Shown here piece by piece: positions 53,623 to 62,892 of a stretch of 64,000 bases of DNA. The DNA comes from a virus: IMG/VR virus record IMGVR_UViG_3300036834_000211, positions 32,001 through 96,000 of that record, one strand, 5' to 3'. The notes under the pieces are model-generated. The model had not been told where the DNA came from and did no database searches. It saw only the letters and a list, made by a program, of their open reading frames with translations. The translations under genes were made by a program, and so were the position numbers. How positions within the stretch are numbered: position 1 is the stretch's first letter; each line of letters begins with the position of its first letter.

Positions 53623-54950
53623 CGAAGAGATTCATCTTCATGCTCGACAGTGGTGCCTACTCGGTGTGGGCTCGATCCAATTCGAACCCGCATCGATTGG
53701 AACTGCGTCGTCGAGTGCTCGAGGCGTTGAAGGTCCACGGGAGCAAGAAGAGAGCGGCTGAAGAATTGGGTATCCCTCTAGGTCTGGTCCAGACCGTATC
53801 CAGTGACGAGGTCGAGCGCAGAGTGACGCTTGAGAACTATGCCGAATTCGTGAGTGGACACAGACACCTGTTCCGCGGTGGTGTGTGGAATTTTGACGTC
53901 ATCGGGTCCGACAAGGGCAGTTATGAGAACTGGCTCGAGTTGCGGCGTCTCGGTGTGGACACCATCCCCGTGCACCACGTCGGCGATGACGTATCGTACT
54001 TGACGAAGTATCTCGACGAGTGCGAATTCGTCGGGATTGGTGCCATTGCCAAGATGGATACGAACAGTAGGATACACGGTCTCGATGACGTGTGGAAGTC
54101 TCACTTGTTGACGGGCGACGGATCCCCCCGCTGTCGAGTCCACGGACTCGGCTTGACTGACACTTCGATCGTCTTGAGGTACCCTTGGTACTCCGTCGAC
54201 AGTACGAAGACCATTGCTGCGGCTGCGTACGGTTCGGTCCTGATCCCAAACTTGAGTAGATCCGAGATCTCATACGACGACCTCATCCCCGTCTCGATAA
54301 GTAATCAGTCGAGGAGGGTCGAGTTGCCGAAGGGCAGGTCATCGTCGAGTTCAAATTTCTACTTCCTTCCCCAGCGTACTCAAGAGGTACTGTACAAACT
54401 GACTGCGGATCTTGGATTTGGGATTAGTCGGACTCTAGAGGGTCGGGTCCTGCGATCGAAGATGACTTCTCGTAAGAGGCAAGATTCGGTATGGGTCAAT
54501 GGATTGGGTATCGAAGCTGCTGTCGAAGTGCAGGAATCTGAGGTTTCGAACAACTTGTCGTCGAGTTGGCGGGCTAGGTATGCTTTTAATCTGCTGATGG
54601 TTGATCGGTTTGTCGAGCATTGGCGTCAACTCGGTCGAGCAATTCGGATCTACAACGTGGCGGGCGGATCTCACGTGCTCGACGTCTTTACTTCTGTGTC
54701 GGACAGTCACCCGGCAAACAGGTCACTCGTCAGTTTCGCTAAGATGTCCGACAACCTGGTAACCAGATTGGAATGTGCGATCAATGGAGATACAGAGAGA
54801 AGTACTATTGTCGGCAATCAAGCTCGTACTGCCGGCGATGGCTCAGAAGGAACTCTTCGACCAGTCAAACAAGATCGCGTTCGCCGGCGGGAAGGTGGTG
54901 GCGTTCAACGACGCCGTCGCAATACTGCATCCCCTTCCTGGCGGCCTTGA
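53619..54950 (+). CDS. DpdA/TGT-like 7-deazaguanine DNA transglycosylase
   Basis: 'LDSGAYS', 'DVIG', 'IPV.H', 'GIG', 'VHG.G.T......YPWYSVDS'; clustered with folE and queC. Confidence 0.7.
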   Translation: MTKRFIFMLDSGAYSVWARSNSNPHRLELRRRVLEALKVHGSKKRAAEELGIPLGLVQTVSSDEVERRVTLENYAEFVSGHRHLFRGGVWNFDVIGSDKGSYENWLELRRLGVDTIPVHHVGDDVSYLTKYLDECEFVGIGAIAKMDTNSRIHGLDDVWKSHLLTGDGSPRCRVHGLGLTDTSIVLRYPWYSVDSTKTIAAAAYGSVLIPNLSRSEISYDDLIPVSISNQSRRVELPKGRSSSSSNFYFLPQRTQEVLYKLTADLGFGISRTLEGRVLRSKMTSRKRQDSVWVNGLGIEAAVEVQESEVSNNLSSSWRARYAFNLLMVDRFVEHWRQLGRAIRIYNVAGGSHVLDVFTSVSDSHPANRSLVSFAKMSDNLVTRLECAINGDTERSTIVGNQARTAGDGSEGTLRPVKQDRVRRREGGGVQRRRRNTASPSWRP

Positions 54951-55812
54951 CCTCGAGGGGGCAGTTGATGGTCAGCATCTGTATCGTCTCCTCAACAAGC
55001 TGTCTGCCGAAGTTGTCAATCTGACTGTTGACAACGACAAGATCCACCTGCGCGCCGGTCGGAGTACGGCATCGTTCAACATACTGCCAGTGACACTACC
55101 CATCGACTCGGTCGACATGACGGGGCAGATGGTCGAGTTACCCAAGACCTTCGTCGATCAATTGAAATGGGTCAGTTCGAGTTGTGCCCGCGACATGAGC
55201 CGACCTGCACTGACCTGCGTCCTGGTCGAGGGTGGATGGATGCAGGCCAGCGATTCGTACCGAATCAGTCGAGTCCACCACGGTGACAGCACCACCGGTG
55301 CTTGGGACCTCCCTCGATTGATGCTTCCAATTACGCAGATCGAAGTGCTGGTGGACTATCCGGTCAAGCGCGTGGCACTGTCAGACGGAGGTGAATGGGC
55401 TCGATTTGAGACCGAGTCTGGGACCACGTTGTGCGCCAGGTCGCGGTCCGGTGAATTTCCGAACTTGGCGTCGATGTACGACGTTGAGGGGCATGAGATC
55501 CAGTTGACCACCGCACTGGCTCAGGTGATCGAGCGGGCTCAGATCTTCTCTCGGCGCGAACACTCGATCGACGAGGAGATTCGGATCTCCATGAGGCCCA
55601 ACCAGATTACGATATCGGCGCAGTACGATGGTGGCAAGTTCTCCGAGGTGGCTAGATGCGAGGGAGCGGTCGACGGGATCGAGTTCGTGATCCACCCAAA
55701 ATTCTTATCCGCCGCCCTCGAGTCCGGGACACGATGCGTATTGGGTGAGAATAGAGTGAAGTTCAGTGGGACGGATTGGGACCACGTCGTCGCGTTGAAG
55801 GTAATGAAATGA
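54784..55812 (+). CDS. dnaN: DNA sliding clamp (DNA pol III beta-like)
   Basis: ~340 aa; 'D.SRP.LT.V......ASDSYR', 'G.FPN'. Confidence 0.75.
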   Translation: MEIQREVLLSAIKLVLPAMAQKELFDQSNKIAFAGGKVVAFNDAVAILHPLPGGLDLEGAVDGQHLYRLLNKLSAEVVNLTVDNDKIHLRAGRSTASFNILPVTLPIDSVDMTGQMVELPKTFVDQLKWVSSSCARDMSRPALTCVLVEGGWMQASDSYRISRVHHGDSTTGAWDLPRLMLPITQIEVLVDYPVKRVALSDGGEWARFETESGTTLCARSRSGEFPNLASMYDVEGHEIQLTTALAQVIERAQIFSRREHSIDEEIRISMRPNQITISAQYDGGKFSEVARCEGAVDGIEFVIHPKFLSAALESGTRCVLGENRVKFSGTDWDHVVALKVMK

Positions 55813-55834
55813 AATCGGATCGGAGGTAGGATGA

Positions 55835-56020
55835 ATGTACTTCCATTGCGTAGGTCCAGTACACTGCGCGGAGCAGGGTTTGGTGCAGTGCGAATACTGT
55901 GAGTGGAGTGATCGAGAGAAGGGTGATCTGCTTCGTCTGTCGTCTTTAATTCCGACACTGATTAGTCTGGGTATCTTTGCTTGTCTTTGTGGCGCTCGTC
56001 TGGTTAACCCGCTGATTTAG
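55835..56020 (+). CDS. Small hypothetical protein
   Basis: Cys cluster plus hydrophobic C-terminus. Confidence 0.35.
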   Translation: MYFHCVGPVHCAEQGLVQCEYCEWSDREKGDLLRLSSLIPTLISLGIFACLCGARLVNPLI

Positions 56021-56025
56021 TATCG

Positions 56026-57423
56026 ATGTCCGTTCGACCACTCTTCGACCTGACTCCGGTTCTCGACGTGCCCGAGCGCGGGCGCACGCTGTCGTGCGTC
56101 AGCTGTGGCCTCTACCGGGATGTATTGACGCCGAGGATGCCGCCCCACGGCGAGAACCGTCGCTCCGTCATGGTCGTTGGCGAGGGACCCGGTGAGACTG
56201 AGGACGAGAGGGGCAGGCCCTGGGTCGGCCGCGCTGGTCGACTACTGCGGATGGCGCTCGACGACTTCGGACTCGACCTGGATCGCGATTGCGTCTCGCT
56301 CAACAGCGTGAATTGCCGACCACCGTCCAACCGCGCGCCGACCGGCCACGAGGTTGCCTGCTGCCGATCGAAGGTGGTGTCCCCCGCCGTCGAGCGGTAC
56401 ACTCCCCGAGTCATCCTGTTGATGGGTGGATCGGCCGTCACCAGCGTGCTGGGGCCGCTGTGCCCCGAGGCGCTCGGGGCGTCCTCCGGCAAGAAGAAGG
56501 CGCCCTCCATTGGCAAGTGGCGCGGGATGACCATCCCCGTCCCGGAGTGGGGGGCCTGGGTGTGCCCCACGCACCACCCGTCCTACGTCCTGCGAGAGGA
56601 GAAGCGCCCCGAGGTCGACACCGTGTGGCGCCAGGATGTCCGCCGAGCGCTCAAGCTCCTCGATACTCCCGTCCCTCCTCCGGAGGACCTCAGGAGTGAG
56701 GTCGAGGTGCTTCGCGTCGAGGTCGACATCCTGCGTGCGATCTACCACGCCCACGATGCTCAGTTACTGTCGTACGACTATGAGACGACCGGGCTGCGAG
56801 CCTCCCTCCACAAGATCGTGTGCGTCTCGTTTGCGACCTCGGCCGACAAGGCTTATGCGTTCATGATGCCCGAGTCGGGGCCGATCCGAGGAGCCTGGTC
56901 GAAGCTGATGGTCAGGCACCGGGTGGGCAAGATCTCGCACCACATGAAGTTTGAGAACGAGTGGACGATCGAGCACTTCGAGGTCGAGGAGATCAACTGG
57001 GCGTGGGACTCGATGCTCGCGGCGCACGTCGTCGACAACCGGGTTGGGATCTGCGGTCTTAAGCACCAGGCATTCTTGAACTTTGGGATCCGGAGCTGGG
57101 ACGGTCTGATCGCCCCGTACCTGGAATCCGTCGACGAGAAGGACCCGACCGCGCCCAATCGAATCTGGGAGTTCATTGAGCGCTATGGCGAGGAGGAGTG
57201 CCTGATCTACTGTGGGATCGACTCGCTCGTGGCCTTCCGACTGGCGATGAGGCAGAGGGAGATTATCGGTGTTGAAGCTCACCATGAAGGGGCTGATCAA
57301 TCTGCTCAATCTAGGTTATCACATCGAGGTGGAGAAGCCATCGGAGGAGGACAAGGTGGAGCGTCGCTCCCCTCGGATGACCATGTGGTATCTAGACGGG
57401 GAGACGGGGCTCGGCTCGATTAG
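56026..57423 (+). CDS. Family-4 uracil-DNA-glycosylase domain fused to 3'-5' exonuclease (N-terminal half of a split DNA polymerase)
   Basis: 'C..C', 'VGEGPG..ED..GRP.VG.AG', 'CRPP.NR.P...E..CC', 'HPSY'; Exo I 'DYETTG', Exo II 'H..KFE', Exo III 'YC..D'. Confidence 0.85.
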   Translation: MSVRPLFDLTPVLDVPERGRTLSCVSCGLYRDVLTPRMPPHGENRRSVMVVGEGPGETEDERGRPWVGRAGRLLRMALDDFGLDLDRDCVSLNSVNCRPPSNRAPTGHEVACCRSKVVSPAVERYTPRVILLMGGSAVTSVLGPLCPEALGASSGKKKAPSIGKWRGMTIPVPEWGAWVCPTHHPSYVLREEKRPEVDTVWRQDVRRALKLLDTPVPPPEDLRSEVEVLRVEVDILRAIYHAHDAQLLSYDYETTGLRASLHKIVCVSFATSADKAYAFMMPESGPIRGAWSKLMVRHRVGKISHHMKFENEWTIEHFEVEEINWAWDSMLAAHVVDNRVGICGLKHQAFLNFGIRSWDGLIAPYLESVDEKDPTAPNRIWEFIERYGEEECLIYCGIDSLVAFRLAMRQREIIGVEAHHEGADQSAQSRLSHRGGEAIGGGQGGASLPSDDHVVSRRGDGARLD

Positions 57424-57463
57424 TATCAAATCGATCGACGTGACGCCTGAGAAGGATGGATAG
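57269..57463 (+). CDS. Small ORF inserted between the two polymerase halves
   Basis: Third reading frame; RBS GAGGGAG; overlaps both neighbours. Confidence 0.4.
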   Translation: MLKLTMKGLINLLNLGYHIEVEKPSEEDKVERRSPRMTMWYLDGETGLGSISIKSIDVTPEKDG

Positions 57464-58841
57464 CCTCCTCGACGCCTACCAACTGTTTCACGACGGTGCG
57501 CTGGCACTCGCCGAGGTCGAGCGTGCTGGTATTAGAATTGATACTGAATATTGTCGTGAGAAGCTCGCCTGGTTGGACGAGCAGAGCAGCCGGTATGAAC
57601 GACGCCTGAGATTGAGCGAGCTGGGCCGGGCCTGGTTGGCTCGCTTTGGCAGCGCCGCGAGCTTCGGCAGTGGGCCCCAGCTCCAGGCCGTCCTCTACGC
57701 CGACCTGGGGGTCAAGCCGTTCAAGCAGACTGCGAGCGGCCAGGACAGCGTGGATGAGGAGTCTCTCAGGCAGACCGGGGTGGACGGGATCAACCACCTG
57801 CTCCGGTTGCGTAGCCTCAAGAAGATGAGTGACGTCCTCGGGGGGTTTCTCAGGTATCAGATCGCCGGGTATCTCTACCCCACGTTCTGCCTGCACACGG
57901 TGGTGACCTACCGGTCGTCCAGCCTCAAGCCAAACCTTCAGAACGTTCCAGTACGCGACAAGGAGCAGATGGACATCTGCCGGCGTGCGATCGTGCCGTC
58001 GCCCGGCAACGTGATACTGGAGATCGACAAGAGCGGCATCGAGGTATGCGTGGCGGCTTGCTACCACAAGGACCCGACGATGCTGGAATATCTCCATGAT
58101 CCTGCGTCGGATATGCACTCTGATGCAGCCAAGAAGTTGTTCTTTCTCGACGGTGCGGTCAGCGACCTGAAGAAGCTGGATGGGTTCTCGCCCGTGCTGC
58201 GTCAGGCCGGTAAGAATGCGTTCATATTCCCGGAGTTCTACGGTGACTACTACGAGTCGTGCGCCCCCGGCATCGCCTGCGGTTGGTGCAAGCTGCCCCG
58301 CATCGGCGACTGGACGGACTACGACGGAGCCTTGCTCGATGGGGTACCGATAGCTCGGCACCTGCGTCGGCACGACGTCTCCGGCTTGGTGGACTTCACC
58401 GAACACGTGAGGAAGGTCGAGGACTGGCTGTGGAACGAGCGCTTCCCCGTATATTCTAGGTGGCGGAAGGATTGGTACGCCAGGTATCAACGGAGGGGTA
58501 GCTTTCGGATGAAGACCGGGTTCGAGTGCAGCGGCGTCATGGGGAGGAACGAGGCGGTGAACTATCCCGTCCAAGGGCCCGCGTTCCACCTGCTGCTGAA
58601 GACATTGATCCTGGTCGTGCAACGCATCCGGAGTTGGCCGTCCAAGGTAGTCAGTCAGGTACACGACTCGTTGCTCATCGACACACCGCTCGACCGGGTT
58701 CCGGCGCTGGTGGAGATGGTCAGGCGCATCGATGCGGAGGAGCTGCCGCGGATCTGGCCGTGGATCATCGTGCCGCTGCGTGATGAGGCGAAGGTGAGCG
58801 AGGTGGACGGGAGCTGGGCAAATATGAGGGTGGTGGAATGA
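57456..58841 (+). CDS. polA: DNA polymerase family A, polymerase domain only
   Basis: 'T.RSSS..PNLQN.P', motif A 'D.S.IE', motif B 'R...K....F...YG', 'N.PVQG', motif C 'VHDS'. Confidence 0.9.
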   Translation: MDSLLDAYQLFHDGALALAEVERAGIRIDTEYCREKLAWLDEQSSRYERRLRLSELGRAWLARFGSAASFGSGPQLQAVLYADLGVKPFKQTASGQDSVDEESLRQTGVDGINHLLRLRSLKKMSDVLGGFLRYQIAGYLYPTFCLHTVVTYRSSSLKPNLQNVPVRDKEQMDICRRAIVPSPGNVILEIDKSGIEVCVAACYHKDPTMLEYLHDPASDMHSDAAKKLFFLDGAVSDLKKLDGFSPVLRQAGKNAFIFPEFYGDYYESCAPGIACGWCKLPRIGDWTDYDGALLDGVPIARHLRRHDVSGLVDFTEHVRKVEDWLWNERFPVYSRWRKDWYARYQRRGSFRMKTGFECSGVMGRNEAVNYPVQGPAFHLLLKTLILVVQRIRSWPSKVVSQVHDSLLIDTPLDRVPALVEMVRRIDAEELPRIWPWIIVPLRDEAKVSEVDGSWANMRVVE

Positions 58842-59047
58842 AAGAGCTGCGAACTGTCTTGACGTTCGAGTGCGAGGATTCCGTGTCGGCTATCGAGCTG
58901 AGGAGGTTCATCAAGGATGCGCTGGAGTCCTGGGGAGGCCAGCGACATCCCGACGATCACCTATTTGGATCGTTAGACAAGGTCCGGGTCGGTAAGTTCG
59001 AGCGCGCGGAGGTAGCTCGTACCGGTAATTACGTGCCCGTCGAATGA
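58838..59047 (+). CDS. Small hypothetical protein
   Basis: ATGA coupling; 'WGGQRHPDD.LF' phage motif. Confidence 0.55.
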   Translation: MKELRTVLTFECEDSVSAIELRRFIKDALESWGGQRHPDDHLFGSLDKVRVGKFERAEVARTGNYVPVE

Positions 59048-59216
59048 TCGGTCCTTACAAGACCGAGAGAGAGTTCGTTACTGCGGTGTCCGATATGGCC
59101 AGGCGCGTGTGGAAGTCCACGGAGGAATTTGGATCGAGTGTCGTCATTCGGGAGTCTTACGCGATAGATGATAGATGCGTGCAGATTGTTTGTGGCGTTG
59201 AGGAGATTGAAGAGCA

Positions 59217-60146
59217 ATGAACCTCTACGAGCGCGTCCGACCAGCTAGTTTCGACGAGGTCGCTGGCAACGACGACGTTGTCAAGGTACTGACGGTCCTG
59301 ACGGCCAAGGAGCAGCCTCCCCACGCGTTCCTGCTGACCGGCCCGCCGGGCTGTGGCAAGACGACCTTGGGTCGGATCGTCGCGCAGGCCATCGGCATCC
59401 GCCGTGAGGACGTCCTGACGCAGACTGGTGACTACCGAGAGTTGAATAATGCCAGCTTCCGGGGCATCGACACGATCCGGGAGATCATGGACGGTGCCGG
59501 CTACGTCGGTCTTCACGGGGCCAGGAGGGTCTGGCTGCTCGACGAGGTCCACGGCCTCCCCAAACTGTCCCAGGAGGCCCTGCTCAAGTTACTGGAGGAT
59601 CCGCCGCCCCACGCTTACTTCGTTCTGTGTACGACCGCTCCCGAGGTCCTACTGGAGACGATCAGGAGTCGGTGCTCGACTCACAAGGTGACCCCGCTCT
59701 CCGAGCAGCACATGGTTGCCTTACTCAACCGGGTCGCCAGGGGAGAGGGCGAGCGCCTGTCCCGTCCGCTTCTCGCGATGGTCTACGAGAAGACCGAGGG
59801 CAAGCCGCGCGCTGCCATAAACCTGCTTGAGAAGGTCCTTGCCGCCGCTCCTGATGATAGGGATGCGATCGTCAAGTCTGCCGAGGCAGTTAAGGAGAAG
59901 GTGGATGGTCTCGCACGAGAGCTGATGCGCAGGACCGGCTGGAGGGCCATTGCGCAGATCCTGGCCCAGGTCGAGGAGGAAGACGTGGAGTCGATACGAC
60001 GGGGCGTGGTAGGGTACTGCTCGGCAGCTCTGCTGCGCGAGGAGAACGACCACGCGATGGTCATCCTGGACCAGATGATCGAGCCGTTCTTCAGCTCGGG
60101 AAGGGCCGGACTGGTCCACGCGTGCTACACGATCTTGAGGTCTTAA
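59217..60146 (+). CDS. Clamp loader subunit (DnaX gamma/tau-like AAA+)
   Basis: 'LY...RP.SF.EV.G', 'GPPGCGKTT', 'LDEVH', 'ALLK.LE.PP', 'TIRSRC'. Confidence 0.9.
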   Translation: MNLYERVRPASFDEVAGNDDVVKVLTVLTAKEQPPHAFLLTGPPGCGKTTLGRIVAQAIGIRREDVLTQTGDYRELNNASFRGIDTIREIMDGAGYVGLHGARRVWLLDEVHGLPKLSQEALLKLLEDPPPHAYFVLCTTAPEVLLETIRSRCSTHKVTPLSEQHMVALLNRVARGEGERLSRPLLAMVYEKTEGKPRAAINLLEKVLAAAPDDRDAIVKSAEAVKEKVDGLARELMRRTGWRAIAQILAQVEEEDVESIRRGVVGYCSAALLREENDHAMVILDQMIEPFFSSGRAGLVHACYTILRS

Positions 60147-60147
60147 C

Positions 60148-60381
60148 GTGAGCGATCGTATGACGAGTATTGACCTTCCTGGGGTCCAGGGATCGGCGAT
60201 CGCCGATTGGGGCCAAAAGCCCATCTCCGCGATGATTAAGCTGATCCGTGCCAAGGCTCGGCACGACAAGGAGATCGCCGATGCCGTGCTCGCGGCGCCC
60301 GACCGCGCGTTTAGAGTAGAGACCCACCGCGGGATCCACGTCCGTCGCGGCCTCGTCGTTCTTCAGCAAGGCTTCGACTGA
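60148..60381 (+). CDS. Small hypothetical protein
   Basis: Tightly packed ORF. Confidence 0.5.
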   Translation: MSDRMTSIDLPGVQGSAIADWGQKPISAMIKLIRAKARHDKEIADAVLAAPDRAFRVETHRGIHVRRGLVVLQQGFD

Positions 60382-60644
60382 TGCCTCGTCCCAGCATCCT
60401 CGACGATCCCGATGCGATCCGCTCTCGCCAAGCCGAGATCGCCATTGAAGAGAGACGCGGGTGTGAGCGCTGTGGATCTGCGGCTGGCGTGTCGCGCGGC
60501 CCCCGCGGATGTGCTTACCACTACGAGGGTACAGAGGGCGACGCGAACGATCCGAACTACGCCAATCTGTGCCCGCCGTGCTGGGTAGAAGAGCGCGAAT
60601 ACTGGGACGAGATGTGGAAAGAATACTACAGTGGAAGGCTATGA
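60381..60644 (+). CDS. Small zinc-binding hypothetical protein
   Basis: 'CERC...LCPPC', 'YWDEMW.EYY'. Confidence 0.6.
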   Translation: MPRPSILDDPDAIRSRQAEIAIEERRGCERCGSAAGVSRGPRGCAYHYEGTEGDANDPNYANLCPPCWVEEREYWDEMWKEYYSGRL

Positions 60645-60647
60645 GAG

Positions 60648-61016
60648 ATGGGCACGAAGAACAATCCCGGGAAGTACGACTGCTACGCCAAGGCCGACCC
60701 CGACGAGGAGATATTCACGCTGAGGGCCAAGGACAGGCACGCGCCGACCTTAGTGTGGTTATGGTCGGCCCTTCGCGAGCTGGACGGCGAGGATGCGGAG
60801 TGCGTCGCGGAGGCACGAGCCTCCGTGGTCAAGATGCTTCAGTGGCAGGCGGATCACGAGCGGAAGGCGGTCGGCCTCGGGCAGGCCACCCTGGCCGGCG
60901 TCCTGGAGCTCATTCGCGCCGTTAACGGTCTGATGAAGTTGGAGGACTCTCTTACTCAGGCTACGGATCTGGAGGTCGTGAGGCGCTTCCTGGCTCAGAC
61001 GGAATTTGAGAAGTGA
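60648..61016 (+). CDS. Conserved phage protein
   Basis: 'MGTKNNPGK.DCY.KA.PDE..F.L.A.D..AP.LV..W'. Confidence 0.7.
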   Translation: MGTKNNPGKYDCYAKADPDEEIFTLRAKDRHAPTLVWLWSALRELDGEDAECVAEARASVVKMLQWQADHERKAVGLGQATLAGVLELIRAVNGLMKLEDSLTQATDLEVVRRFLAQTEFEK

Positions 61017-61594
61017 ACTACGAGGACGATATTGAGATTGATGAGCAGGCGTTGGATTGTGAGTGGCTCGACCAGCCGAAGCGGATGCGCGAGTACTGTA
61101 AGGTCGCTGCCGAGGCACACAGGCAGATGGACCTGGCGAAGGAGAACGTCGACTTCGTCAGGGCGACCGTCGAGAGGGCGGTCCGGTCTCGCCCCGCCGA
61201 GTACGGCGTCGCCCCGGGCGTCCGCGGTGCTGTCACGGAGGACTCGGTGAAGGCCGCCGTCCAGGTGCACGAGCAGTATCAGCTCGCCGTCCGGGAGTAT
61301 ATCGATGCGAAGTATGAGAACGACGTTGCCAATGGTACCATCCGTGCTTTTGATCACCGCAAGAGTTCTCTGGAAAGGTTGGTGCAGCTCCACGGTCAGT
61401 CGTACTTTGCCGGCCCCGCCGTGCCGAGGGATCTCGCCGCCGAGCGCTCTCGTCGAGACCAAGCAGTGCAGGCTCGTGTTAGGATAGGGTCTGTTGGGGC
61501 CATTGGAAGATCATTCAACGTGCCGGTTGGTCCGGAGCACGTGGACTTGGACGAGCAACGCCGACGAGAGCCGATGGTGAGACGCAGGAGTTGA
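61013..61594 (+). CDS. UvsY-like recombination mediator
   Basis: Helical 'I.IDE..LD.E...QP', 'TE..V.A.V', 'A...RK..LE.LV'; next to SSB and RecA-like genes. Confidence 0.6.
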   Translation: MNYEDDIEIDEQALDCEWLDQPKRMREYCKVAAEAHRQMDLAKENVDFVRATVERAVRSRPAEYGVAPGVRGAVTEDSVKAAVQVHEQYQLAVREYIDAKYENDVANGTIRAFDHRKSSLERLVQLHGQSYFAGPAVPRDLAAERSRRDQAVQARVRIGSVGAIGRSFNVPVGPEHVDLDEQRRREPMVRRRS

Positions 61595-61725
61595 GTGTGC
61601 ACTGGTTGTGGATCATTGTACCTGTGGTGGGTCCACTCTACGTGTACTACGTCTGCAAGCTCGCAGGAGCAGGGTGGATTGCTGGAGTTCAATTGTATAT
61701 TAAACGGCAGAAGGAGAGAAGGTAA

Positions 61726-62877
61726 ATGAATAAGTCTCGTCGGGGCAGCTTCCGAGGTAAGGTGTCCTACAACTCTACGCAACAGCGGTCCAAGGCCGCC
61801 AACTATGGGCACTTGTTGCTACCTCGAGGCATCAACATGTTTAAGGAGGAACCTGGTGGTCGAATTGCACTCGACTTCTTGCCGTACTTCGTAACCGATG
61901 CTCACCATCCCGATCGGGACGTCGAGCGCGAGATCGCGATCCAGGGATCGCTGTGGTATCGGCGTCCCTACAAGCTCCACCGATCAATCGGTGTGCAGAA
62001 TGCCTCTGTCATTTGTCCGAGCAGTGTTGGTAAGAAGTGTCCGATCTGTGAGTATCGTGCCAAGCAGTTAAGTGAGGGTGCGAAGTGGCAGGACGAGCAA
62101 ATTAAGGCAATGCGGCCGTCGGACCGCAACTTGTACTACGTGGTGCCCAAGGGGGACAGTAAGAAGTACGACGAGAAGCCGTACTTCTGGGACATTGCTC
62201 AGTTCCTCTTCCAGGAGGCCCTAAATAACGAGCTCGAGGAGAACGAAGATTTCGGTGAGTTTCCCGATCTCGAGGCCGGGTTGACACTGCGGATCAGGTT
62301 TAGTGAGGAGAAGTTTGAGAGGACTTCGTTCGCCAAGACCAGCCGCATCGACTTCGAGGAGCGCGACTACGCCTACGACGAGGCAGTGGTGCGAGAGCTT
62401 ACCTCTCTCGACGAGGTGCTTGACATTAAGGATTACCGAGAGGTAGAGCGCTTGTTCTTTGAGACCGACGGTGGGGATGAGGAGGGTGCGGATCAGCCTA
62501 CCGATCAACCAAAGACCGGAAGTGGTGGTTCTAGTGTATCACTAACTCGGCCAAAATCTGAAACGACCACCACCTCACCGCGTCAATCAAGTACTATTGA
62601 ATCCACTACTAGATCGACCATCACGCGCCCTCGCCAAGCTGCGGAACCTAGCCCAGGTGAGAGTCCTGGTGAGGCAACCCCCTCCACTGTCATCCGGCGG
62701 CGCTCCCTATCCTCGCCGACGCAGTCGGTGGAATCGAATAAGAACCAGAATGGCGAGGCTGACAAGTGCCCCTCGGGTTATCGGTTTGGGGTGGACACCG
62801 ATGCGAAGGACGAGTGCGAGAGGTGCCAGGTGTGGAATGAGTGCATGGACGCTCGCGAAGCCGCTGCTGCGCGGTAG
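61726..62877 (+). CDS. Single-stranded DNA-binding protein (T4 gp32-like)
   Basis: 'H........CP......CPICE' zinc site, 'F.D...G..L', acidic/disordered tail plus extra C-terminal Cys4 motif. Confidence 0.7.
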   Translation: MNKSRRGSFRGKVSYNSTQQRSKAANYGHLLLPRGINMFKEEPGGRIALDFLPYFVTDAHHPDRDVEREIAIQGSLWYRRPYKLHRSIGVQNASVICPSSVGKKCPICEYRAKQLSEGAKWQDEQIKAMRPSDRNLYYVVPKGDSKKYDEKPYFWDIAQFLFQEALNNELEENEDFGEFPDLEAGLTLRIRFSEEKFERTSFAKTSRIDFEERDYAYDEAVVRELTSLDEVLDIKDYREVERLFFETDGGDEEGADQPTDQPKTGSGGSSVSLTRPKSETTTTSPRQSSTIESTTRSTITRPRQAAEPSPGESPGEATPSTVIRRRSLSSPTQSVESNKNQNGEADKCPSGYRFGVDTDAKDECERCQVWNECMDAREAAAAR

Positions 62878-62892
62878 TAAGCGAATTCGGGT

